Of a stretch of 38,937 bases of DNA, positions 30,919-38,902 are shown in pieces (positions within the stretch are counted from its first letter, which is position 1; the number at the start of each line of letters is the position of its first letter). A program made the position numbers and the translations under genes. The stretch is from Bacteroidales bacterium (GTDB taxonomy: Bacteria > Bacteroidota > Bacteroidia > Bacteroidales > Paludibacteraceae): positions 1 through 38,937 of the forward strand of contig CAAGDU010000154.1 of assembly GCA_900768725.1 (NCBI GenBank), read 5' to 3'. The notes under the pieces are model-generated. The model was not told the DNA's origin. It worked only from the letters and a program-made list of their open reading frames with translations, and ran no database searches.

Positions 30919-32307
30919 ATGGTAAAATGGTTTGAAAAAATAGGGTATGGCTTCGGAGATATGGCTTCGTCCATGTTCTGGAAACTCTTCGGAGCATACT
31001 TGATGATATTCTATACCGATGTCTTTGGTATTTCGGCGGCAGCGGTAGGTACGATGTTTTTGGTAACGCGTATGTGGGACTCTGTGTTCGACCCCATAGT
31101 AGGAGTGATTGCCGATAGAACCCACTCCCGCTTCGGACGCTTCCGCCCCTACCTGCTGTATCTGGCATTGCCGTTTGCGATAATCGGCGTGATGACGTTT
31201 TTCACACCCGACTGGGAAAATACCGCCAAGGTGGTGTATGCGTATATCACTTATTCGCTTATGATGATGGTCTATTCGGCTATCAATGTGCCGTATGCCG
31301 CCTTGCTGGGCGTGATGAGTCCGAATGTGAAAGAGCGAAACCAACTCTCCACCTATCGTATGACGTTTGCCTATATCGGCTCTTTCCTTGCGCTGCTGCT
31401 CTTCATGCCGATGGTCAACGCTTTCTCGCAGCATAGCACAGATATCACCATGCAGCGGTATGGCTGGTTGATGGCGGTAGTGGTGATTGCTGTGGCTTGT
31501 GCGGTGCTCTTCCTTGCATGCTTCTTGCTGACCAAAGAGCGGGTGAAACCCATAAAGGAACAACCTACTTCGCTCAAATCCGACCTGAAAGACCTGCTCC
31601 ACAACAAGCCTTGGTGGATTCTGCTCGGGGCAGGTATTGCTGCATTGATTTTCAATTCTATACGTGATGGGGCTACGGTGTACTATTTCAAGTATTATGT
31701 GCAGGAATCTACGCACAGCGATATTACACTCTTCGGAATACCCTTTGTATTGAGCGGACTCTATTTGGCTGTAGGACAGGCATCGAACATTATCGGTGTG
31801 ATTTTGGCGGCACCTGTCTCCAACCGTATTGGTAAGAAGCGCACCTATCTGGGTGCAATGGTCATTGCTACGGTTTTGAGCGTCATCTTCTATTGGTTCA
31901 AGGCTGACCAACTGGTGTGGATATTTGTCTTCCAGTTCTTGATTAGTATCTGTGCCGGCAGCATCTTCCCCTTGCTTTGGAGTATGTATGCCGATTGTGC
32001 GGACTATTCGGAGTTGCAGACGGGCAACCGTGCTACGGGGCTGATTTTCTCTTCTTCGTCTATGTCCCAGAAATTGGGGTGGGCAATAGGCACTGCGCTC
32101 ACGGGATGGCTGCTCGCTATCTTCGGGTTTGAGGCAAATGCCGTGCAGAATGCAGAGACCATACAGGGAATCCGTATGTTCCTCTCTATTCTCCCCGCTT
32201 GCGGCACCCTGCTCTCGGTCATTTTCATCAGTTTCTATCCCCTGTCGGAGAAACGCATGGCTGAAATCACGGAACAATTAAATACAAAACGCAATGAAAA
32301 GGCTTAA
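30919..32307 (+). CDS. Glycoside-pentoside-hexuronide (GPH) family sugar:cation symporter, a probable mannobiose/manno-oligosaccharide importer.
   Basis: MVKWFEKIGYGFGDMASSMFW and the GPH signature WDSVFDPIVGVIADRTHSRFGRFRPY are present, with ~12 hydrophobic segments. The ORF-track start at 30880 is TTG inside the heptamer repeat. Confidence 0.9.
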   Translation: MVKWFEKIGYGFGDMASSMFWKLFGAYLMIFYTDVFGISAAAVGTMFLVTRMWDSVFDPIVGVIADRTHSRFGRFRPYLLYLALPFAIIGVMTFFTPDWENTAKVVYAYITYSLMMMVYSAINVPYAALLGVMSPNVKERNQLSTYRMTFAYIGSFLALLLFMPMVNAFSQHSTDITMQRYGWLMAVVVIAVACAVLFLACFLLTKERVKPIKEQPTSLKSDLKDLLHNKPWWILLGAGIAALIFNSIRDGATVYYFKYYVQESTHSDITLFGIPFVLSGLYLAVGQASNIIGVILAAPVSNRIGKKRTYLGAMVIATVLSVIFYWFKADQLVWIFVFQFLISICAGSIFPLLWSMYADCADYSELQTGNRATGLIFSSSSMSQKLGWAIGTALTGWLLAIFGFEANAVQNAETIQGIRMFLSILPACGTLLSVIFISFYPLSEKRMAEITEQLNTKRNEKA

Positions 32308-33484
32308 GTCAGAAGTAACGGAATGCTTGGTACAGAACATCCTGCCGTATTGGCTGCGCCTGCAAGATGAAGAGCACGGCGGATTCTATGGCGAGGTAAC
32401 GGGTTCGGAAGTGCCGGTGCCTACCGCCGACCGCGGCGCAATCCTTTATGCACGCATCCTTTGGGCTTTCTCCGCCGCCTATCGTGTGCTCCACAAGACC
32501 GAGTATCTGCGGGCTGCTACGCGGGCAAAAGACTATATCTTAGCCCATTTCATAGACCATGAATACGGCGGTACGTACTGGTCGGTGGACTATTTGGGCA
32601 ATCCTAAAGATACCAAGAAGCAGTTTTATGCTATCGGGTTTATGATTTACGGTTTCTCGGAGTATGTGCGGGCTACGGGCGACCCCACTGCCTTGCAGAC
32701 CGCCATCTCGCTATACCATTGCATCGAGGAGTACTCTTTAGATACCGTTCACAACGGCTATATAGAGGCGACCACCCGTGATTGGCAACCCATAGCGGAT
32801 ATGCGTCTCAGCGAGAAAGACGAGAACCAAGCCAAGTCGCAAAACAGCCACCTGCACATCATTGAACCTTATGCGAACTTATATCGCGTATGGCAGGACG
32901 AGGGGCTCAAAAAGGCAATCAGCAACCTGTTGCATCTTTTCGACGATGTGATGCGCGATAAGCAGACCAATCATATCAATCTGTTCTTTGATATGGAATG
33001 GCACTGCACCAAAGCACTCTCGCAGGGACCGAAAGAGAGTTACGGACACGACATAGAGGCATCGTGGCTGATAGACGAGGCGGCTACCTTGATTGGAGAA
33101 CCGCACAACGACTTTGTCTTCAGCGTCGCAAAGGCGGCGAGCGAAGGGCTGAATGCCGATGGCAGCATGCGCCACGAAGATACCGACCCCGATATACACT
33201 GGTGGGTGATGGCGGAAACGGTGGTGGGCTATGCTAACATATACCAACGGTTAACCGAGCAGCCGGATGCCACGCACCATATCGACGAAATCCTGCTCAA
33301 TCGTCGCCGGACGTATGAGGCATGGGAGTATATCAAAACGCATCTTGTTGACCACCAACACGGAGAATGGTACTGGTCTTGTTCGCCCGACGGCAAGCCC
33401 AACACTACGGACGATAAAGCCGGCTTTTGGAAGTGCCCATACCACAACAGCCGCATGTGCTTGGAGATCATTCAGCGCTTTTAG
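32294..33484 (+). CDS. N-acylglucosamine 2-epimerase superfamily enzyme: cellobiose/mannobiose 2-epimerase.
   Basis: AGE-fold motifs are ILPYWLRLQDEEHGGFYG, RILWAFSAAYRV, NSHLHIIEPYANLY, GHDIEASWL and WKCPYHNSRMCLE. It overlaps the transporter stop by 14 nt and follows GH26-GH130-symporter as in the known mannan operon. Confidence 0.88.
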   Translation: MKRLKSEVTECLVQNILPYWLRLQDEEHGGFYGEVTGSEVPVPTADRGAILYARILWAFSAAYRVLHKTEYLRAATRAKDYILAHFIDHEYGGTYWSVDYLGNPKDTKKQFYAIGFMIYGFSEYVRATGDPTALQTAISLYHCIEEYSLDTVHNGYIEATTRDWQPIADMRLSEKDENQAKSQNSHLHIIEPYANLYRVWQDEGLKKAISNLLHLFDDVMRDKQTNHINLFFDMEWHCTKALSQGPKESYGHDIEASWLIDEAATLIGEPHNDFVFSVAKAASEGLNADGSMRHEDTDPDIHWWVMAETVVGYANIYQRLTEQPDATHHIDEILLNRRRTYEAWEYIKTHLVDHQHGEWYWSCSPDGKPNTTDDKAGFWKCPYHNSRMCLEIIQRF

Positions 33485-33509
33485 CAACCACAGGTCGCGC
33501 AGGTATCCT

Positions 33510-33708
33510 GTCCGGGTGCGCAGGCGTCCCCGCCTGCTAAAAAGTTTCCCTTTCCGGGTCCCCGAAAAATCTTTGATTTTTTGGGTGGATTTTGGGAGAT
33601 TTAGAGGGCCTTATCTGGCGTGCGCCCGCGACTTGTCAAGGCTAAACCACTAACCACTAACCACTAAACACTAAACACTAAACACTAAACACTAAACACT
33701 AACCACTA
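33510..33708. repeat. Mosaic intergenic repeat: module Y (33510-33538), module W (33545-33566), module V gggagatttagaggg (33594-33608), a hairpin variant (33623-33641) and ~9.5 ACTAA(A/C)C heptamers (33642-33708).
   Basis: Each module recurs elsewhere: Y at 28476 and inverted at 22368-22398, W at 19492-19518, V at 36033-36047, and the heptamer family at 16627-16651. Confidence 0.8.
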
Positions 33709-33723
33709 TATCCCCCTTTTATT

Positions 33724-35916
33724 ATGAAAAAATCATTTTCATTCCTTGGGCTTCTCTTGGTGGCTCAACTATGCATAGCTAACCCTATGCCATCTCAAAT
33801 GAACACATACCCTTGTTCCCGCATCGGTATCTTGTGGAGCACATGGCACCCCGACCATTTTATGCACTACGAGGACTATGTGGCAACGATGGAGCAATGG
33901 GGAATGAGTTATGTATCCATCAACCCGACCTATTTCCTCAATACCTATGCAGAGGGTATCTTAACCGAATGGAACGAGCAGGAGGTTACGCCGAGTATTG
34001 CTTTGCAGAAAAGCGTGGTGAAACACTTGATAGCAGAGGGCTTCTATATCAACTATCGCCCGCATGTGGACCCTATCAAGTTTGCCATGCAAGAGGGTAG
34101 TTCGGAGCGTAATAACTGCAACACCAACCCGGGCGGCAAAGATTGGCGCGGGGAGTTCGACCTCATGGACCCCACCGACCCCACCATCGGCTATAAAGAG
34201 AAAGTCATACTTCCCGGACTGCAGATGCTGGCGGAGGCTATCCGTGAGAGCAAGAAGGCAGGCTACACCCTTGTGTCTCCCATACGTTTTGACCTCGGAG
34301 CGGAACTCATGGACGCTATGCTCAACTATCCCACTCACTGGAGCGACCTGCTGGCTGCTGTGCGCACATTGCTCAACACTACCTATAGTGATGTGAAGAA
34401 TGATATCGTCTTGGGGCATAACTTCTGCCACCATATAGAGTATCTGATGCGTCTGCCCGGGCATCCCGATTTCTTTCGGCGTATTATGGCTGACCAAACT
34501 ACTGTCGGACACGACGATTTGCTCTATCTCGACCGCCCTGGTATCACTGATGCCACGCGCCAAGCCATCGGGCAGTATATAGCAGGGCTCGATGAGATGT
34601 CTTTGTCGCAGTATATGCCTTTGGACATCTTCACGCCGGCAGACGAGAAAACCACTGCCGATGAGGTATATACCGCGTTGCTATGGCACGAACAGAACTT
34701 TATCAACGAGTGCTTGGTGCAAGAGTGTGGCGTTCCGATTGACAAACTGCCGATTTTGCATATTGGCGAGTACGGTATGGGCTGGCGCGGATTGAATGCT
34801 CCCAATGTGTGGGATGTGCAGGCTTGGCAGAAAGCAGGCAATGGCGCTATGATTCTCTCCGAGAGTGAGCAGAAGCAGGATGCCGCCATCGCCATTGATG
34901 GAATCATCAAGTATGTGGACGAGACCTCGCCGACCAACTATCGTAGTTTCCTGCTTTGGTTCGGAGGAAAGCCCTACGACCTGCTGAATATCAATTCCTA
35001 TTCCAACTGGTATAATCCCAAGGCGGCTACGGCACTGCAGAACTATTGGGCTACCCATAAAGGTATGCCGTCGCTTGATTCTGCAACCGATGCTGATTTC
35101 GGAGTAGAAGACCCCGATTTGGATGCCGTGCCGCCGGTGCGCACCAAGAAACTGCTGGACGATTTTGAGGACTACACCAACAACGCCGAACTGCAGCAGA
35201 CATGGCAGCGCAACGGCAATGGAGCGTCCATCGTGCCGGCTATCGATACGGAGCATGCCACGGAGGGGATGCAGTGTATGCAACTCACCTACGACCTGAC
35301 CGGTAATACTTATGCCGGTGTGATGAAGTCCGGCAGCGGCTCTGTGGCGGGGTTTGACGGCATCGCTTATACGCTCATACCCGACAACTCAGGAGCAGAC
35401 TTGCTCATACAGATACAGGACGGCAGCGGGCATTATTGGAAATCGACGATCCAACTCACCGGCACACAACCTCAAGATATCTTCCTGCCGTTTGACGCTT
35501 TTGTCGGTGGTTACAATACCTCGGGTACATGGAACAATCCCGCCGATATTACGGAGGTGGCATTTTATGTAGAGAAGGGCACAAAGGGAACCATTTATAT
35601 TGATAATCTGCGTGCTACTTACACTCAAGAGAAAATAGATTCTTTGGAGAACTTGACCTCTGTAGCCGAGGTGGAGACCTTATCGATGAATATGTTCCCG
35701 AATCCTGCCCATACCTATGTCCGCATTGCCTGTGAGAAGCCTATCCGACACCTTGCATTGTACGATGCCTGTGGCAGAAGTGTCATGGCTTTAGACAACT
35801 ATACGCAACAGGAGGTAGTACTACCCACCGCCGGTCTCTGCTCGGGCATCTACGTCTGCCGCGTAGTAACAGAGGACGAGCAAGTGTATGTAAGGCGTTT
35901 GGTGGTGAAACACTAA
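33724..35916 (+). CDS. T9SS-sorted secreted protein: N-terminal putative (beta/alpha)8 clan GH-A-like glycoside hydrolase domain of unassigned family, a CBM11/CIA30-like domain and a Por CTD.
   Basis: After the signal peptide, the barrel-like strand motifs are GILWSTWH, YVSINPTY, INYRPHVDP, RFDLGAELMD, VLGHNFCHH, LSQYMPLD, ILHIGEYGMGW and FLLWFGG. The CBM-like segment is LLDDFEDYTNNAELQQTW...IYIDNLRA. The CTD is MFPNPAHTYVRI....GIYVCRVVTEDEQVYVRRLVVKH. Confidence 0.7.
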   Translation: MKKSFSFLGLLLVAQLCIANPMPSQMNTYPCSRIGILWSTWHPDHFMHYEDYVATMEQWGMSYVSINPTYFLNTYAEGILTEWNEQEVTPSIALQKSVVKHLIAEGFYINYRPHVDPIKFAMQEGSSERNNCNTNPGGKDWRGEFDLMDPTDPTIGYKEKVILPGLQMLAEAIRESKKAGYTLVSPIRFDLGAELMDAMLNYPTHWSDLLAAVRTLLNTTYSDVKNDIVLGHNFCHHIEYLMRLPGHPDFFRRIMADQTTVGHDDLLYLDRPGITDATRQAIGQYIAGLDEMSLSQYMPLDIFTPADEKTTADEVYTALLWHEQNFINECLVQECGVPIDKLPILHIGEYGMGWRGLNAPNVWDVQAWQKAGNGAMILSESEQKQDAAIAIDGIIKYVDETSPTNYRSFLLWFGGKPYDLLNINSYSNWYNPKAATALQNYWATHKGMPSLDSATDADFGVEDPDLDAVPPVRTKKLLDDFEDYTNNAELQQTWQRNGNGASIVPAIDTEHATEGMQCMQLTYDLTGNTYAGVMKSGSGSVAGFDGIAYTLIPDNSGADLLIQIQDGSGHYWKSTIQLTGTQPQDIFLPFDAFVGGYNTSGTWNNPADITEVAFYVEKGTKGTIYIDNLRATYTQEKIDSLENLTSVAEVETLSMNMFPNPAHTYVRIACEKPIRHLALYDACGRSVMALDNYTQQEVVLPTAGLCSGIYVCRVVTEDEQVYVRRLVVKH

Positions 35917-36114
35917 TAAGGTCTCAAAGCCGTCAATTACGGCAACGAGACGGCAACGAAAGCAGGGAATATCAAGGGAAAACGATATCTATCTTATTAG
36001 GTTCTTGGTAAAGAATTAAAGTCTCCCTTAAAGGGAGATTTAGAGGGTCGTTTTTGGAATTTTTTGTTGAAATAACAGATTTGTCGTTTGGTCTATGTTG
36101 AGTTCGTGTAAAAT

Positions 36115-38745
36115 ATGAAATGGAATAAAATAGTCATAGTATTCCTTAGTTTATGCTTGTGCATACCGGCGAAAGCCGACATCGTGTTGCCGGACTTGAT
36201 TGGCGACTACATGTTGCTCCAGCAGCAAACGGAAGTGAAACTATGGGGTAAAGCCACAGCGGGCAATCTCGTGTCAGTCTATACCTCGTGGGGGGCGAGT
36301 GCAGAGACGCGAGTGGATAAGCAGGGACAGTGGGAAGTGCAGATCTCCACGCCCTCTGCCTCCTACCAGGAGCACACCATTACGTTCGTGGAGACCCCGC
36401 GCCAACGTGCTTACTACAATCCCGAGCCGATACAGGTGGCGCATGTGCTGATTGGCGAGGTCTGGCTGGCGAGCGGGCAGAGCAACATGGAGATGCCGTT
36501 GCGCGGCTTCTGGCAATGCCCCGTGCAGCATGCCAACGAGGAGATTGCCTTAGCCCGCCGATTTAGCGGCAAAATTCGTTATGCCACCATAGAGCGAAGA
36601 GATGCACTACAACCACAAGGTGAAGCCTTCGGTAAATGGCAGGACTGCAACCCGTTCAATGCCGTGCAGTTCGGAGCAACCGCGTTTTTCTTTGCCCAAT
36701 GGCTGCAGCAGGCGCTGGATATACCCGTCGGCATCATCAACTGCTCGTGGGGCGGCTCCTCCCTCGAGGGCTGGATGCCGAGACAGATGGTCGAGAAATA
36801 CGAGGACATCCCATCCACAGACGCGGAGATTGAGGCAATACCTACCGTATGGCAACGACCTATCGTGATGTACAATGGTATGTTGTACCCCATTCGTCGC
36901 TATACCATCAAGGGCTTCCTGTGGTATCAGGGTTGCTCCAATGTGGGGAAAGATGCCACGTATCCCTATCGAGAGGCGGAGATGGTAACCCATTGGCGCT
37001 CGCTCTTCAGCAACGGGACGAAGAACAAGGTATTGCCTTTCTATTTCGTGGAGATTGCCCCCTATGGCTACGGTGCCCCTATGGCGCACAATGCCGCCGA
37101 CTTGCGTGCCTCGCAATGGCGGCTCACAGACCTGATTCCGGAGACAGAGGGGGTATGCACAAACGACCTCGTAGAACCCTATGAGATAGATAATATCCAC
37201 CCGAAGAACAAGCAGGAGATAGGCAAGCGATTGGCTTTCCTCGCCCTCCATCGAGACTACGGCATGCAGCATGTAGAGTGCTATTCGCCGCGACTGGAGC
37301 GCGTGGAAACCACGGATAGTACGCTCGTACTCTTCTTCTCCCATGCCGAGGACGGCTTCTCGCGCTATGCGGACATACAGGGCTTTGAGTTGTCGCCCGA
37401 TGGAGAGAACTGGTTTCCGGCACTCGCTACTGCCCATCCCGACCATAAGAATGCAATGGTGCTGTGCTATGCCTCACAGGTGCGACCGATGCCCATACAA
37501 ACCGTGCAATATGCGTACCACAATTTTAGCATCGGCAACTTGGCGAGCATGCGCTATCTGCCCGTAGTCCCCTTCCGCTACATGCTACCGAAGCCAATCA
37601 GCACCCGCCAAGCGCCCTTTATCGGCACGAACTTCTGGTATGCACCTATCCTCGCCTCCACGGGTGAGGGTGGCGACCGCGAGCGGCTCAAACGCGAACT
37701 CGATACCCTGCAATCGCTGGGAGTCAACAACCTGCGTATCCTCGTCGGAGGCGAAGGAGAGCGAGGGATGACCGCACATATTCGACCCACGCTCCAACCC
37801 CAAGCGGGCATCTACAACGATACCTTGCTCGATGGCTTGGATTACCTCTTGGCGGACTTGGAACAACGGGGTATGCAGGCGGTCTTGTACCTGAACAATG
37901 CGTGGGAATGGTCAGGAGGCTATGCGCAGTATGTGTCGTGGGCAACAGGCACCTATATGCCTATTCCCGCCATCGACGGATGGGACACCTACAAGCAGTA
38001 CGCCAAGCAGTTTATCACCATGCCCGATGCACAGCAACTCTTCGACAACCATCTGCGTTTCCTGCTCACCCGCACCAATCGCTATACCCATCGCCCCTAC
38101 ACGGAGTCGCCTGCCATCTATGCTTGGCAGATTGCCAACGAGCCCCGCGCCTTTGCCGAGACGGGAACGCCCGCGGACGAGCAGCAGAAACAGCGCTTTG
38201 TACAGTGGATAGACCATTGCTCGCGCCTTATACATGCGCTGGACCCGAACCATCGCATCACCACCGGCAGCGAGGGGCTGTGGGGCTGCGAGAAAGACTC
38301 CGCGCTCTTCTGCGCCATCCATTCCCTGCCCTGTATCGACTACGCCACCTGCCACATCTGGCCCTACAACTGGGGCTGGCTGCAAGCAGGCAACCATCTT
38401 GACAGCGTTGAGCACTACCTCCAAACGCACATCCGTTGGATGGAGCAGATTGGCAAACCGCTTGTTATCGAGGAGTTCGGACTACCCCGAGACGGCATGT
38501 CCCTGCAAGCAGGCTCGCCTACCGTCTTGCGCAACGAGATGTATGCGCATATCTTCAACGCCGTTCACCAATCCCATCAAGCAGGCAAACCGCTCATCGG
38601 TTGCAACTTCTGGGGCTGGGGTGGGGAAGGAGGCACCTACACCGGCGACCCCGCGCAAGAACCCCAAGGACTCAACTCCGTCTTCACCGCGGACACAACC
38701 ACTTTGCAACTCATCAGAACCTACTCCTGCACCCTCGACAACTAA
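36115..38745 (+). CDS. Bifunctional fusion: sialate-O-acetylesterase-like (SASA/SGNH) acetylesterase domain plus a GH5 beta-mannanase/mannosidase-like domain.
   Basis: The N-terminal half carries VLIGEVWLASGQSNMEMPL (Ser nucleophile), FLWYQGCSN and DNIHPKNKQEIGKRLA (Asp/His). The C-terminal half carries FIGTNFWYAPIL..GDRERLKRELDTLQSLGVNNLRIL, YAWQIANEPR (acid/base) and LVIEEFGLPRD (nucleophile). Confidence 0.85.
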   Translation: MKWNKIVIVFLSLCLCIPAKADIVLPDLIGDYMLLQQQTEVKLWGKATAGNLVSVYTSWGASAETRVDKQGQWEVQISTPSASYQEHTITFVETPRQRAYYNPEPIQVAHVLIGEVWLASGQSNMEMPLRGFWQCPVQHANEEIALARRFSGKIRYATIERRDALQPQGEAFGKWQDCNPFNAVQFGATAFFFAQWLQQALDIPVGIINCSWGGSSLEGWMPRQMVEKYEDIPSTDAEIEAIPTVWQRPIVMYNGMLYPIRRYTIKGFLWYQGCSNVGKDATYPYREAEMVTHWRSLFSNGTKNKVLPFYFVEIAPYGYGAPMAHNAADLRASQWRLTDLIPETEGVCTNDLVEPYEIDNIHPKNKQEIGKRLAFLALHRDYGMQHVECYSPRLERVETTDSTLVLFFSHAEDGFSRYADIQGFELSPDGENWFPALATAHPDHKNAMVLCYASQVRPMPIQTVQYAYHNFSIGNLASMRYLPVVPFRYMLPKPISTRQAPFIGTNFWYAPILASTGEGGDRERLKRELDTLQSLGVNNLRILVGGEGERGMTAHIRPTLQPQAGIYNDTLLDGLDYLLADLEQRGMQAVLYLNNAWEWSGGYAQYVSWATGTYMPIPAIDGWDTYKQYAKQFITMPDAQQLFDNHLRFLLTRTNRYTHRPYTESPAIYAWQIANEPRAFAETGTPADEQQKQRFVQWIDHCSRLIHALDPNHRITTGSEGLWGCEKDSALFCAIHSLPCIDYATCHIWPYNWGWLQAGNHLDSVEHYLQTHIRWMEQIGKPLVIEEFGLPRDGMSLQAGSPTVLRNEMYAHIFNAVHQSHQAGKPLIGCNFWGWGGEGGTYTGDPAQEPQGLNSVFTADTTTLQLIRTYSCTLDN

Positions 38746-38788
38746 CCCTCCCCCCCCCGTATCGAGATACAATCTTTCTGCTGTCTAT

Positions 38789-38832
38789 TACGTAGGATAT
38801 ACGTAAGATATACGTAGGATATACGTAGGATA
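38789..38832. repeat. Four tandem copies of the 11-mer TACGTA(G/A)GATA.
   Basis: tacgtaggata tacgtaagata tacgtaggata tacgtaggata. The unit contains the palindrome TACGTA. A C9 homopolymer lies at 38749-38757, just after the stop codon. Confidence 0.85.
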
Positions 38833-38902
38833 ACAGGAGGTATATGCTGACTTTTAACGGTCTCTCCACCTACCTCATAATTCCTAATTCCTAATTAAAC
38901 AA

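Noticed and set aside
35917-36114. Direct repeat acggcaacga x2 (35939-35962) and the hairpin tctccc-ttaaa-gggaga (36022-36038), considered as a riboswitch or sRNA.
   Set aside because: They are too short and lack any conserved riboswitch core that I recognise. The hairpin overlaps repeat module V (gggagatttagaggg, also at 33594-33608), so it is better explained as part of the intergenic repeat mosaic.
8319-38832. Tandem arrays considered as possible CRISPR arrays.
   Set aside because: The units are 7-11 bp and directly abutting with no spacers. Each array is shorter than 70 bp, no cas genes are present, and the arrays are scattered at many junctions.
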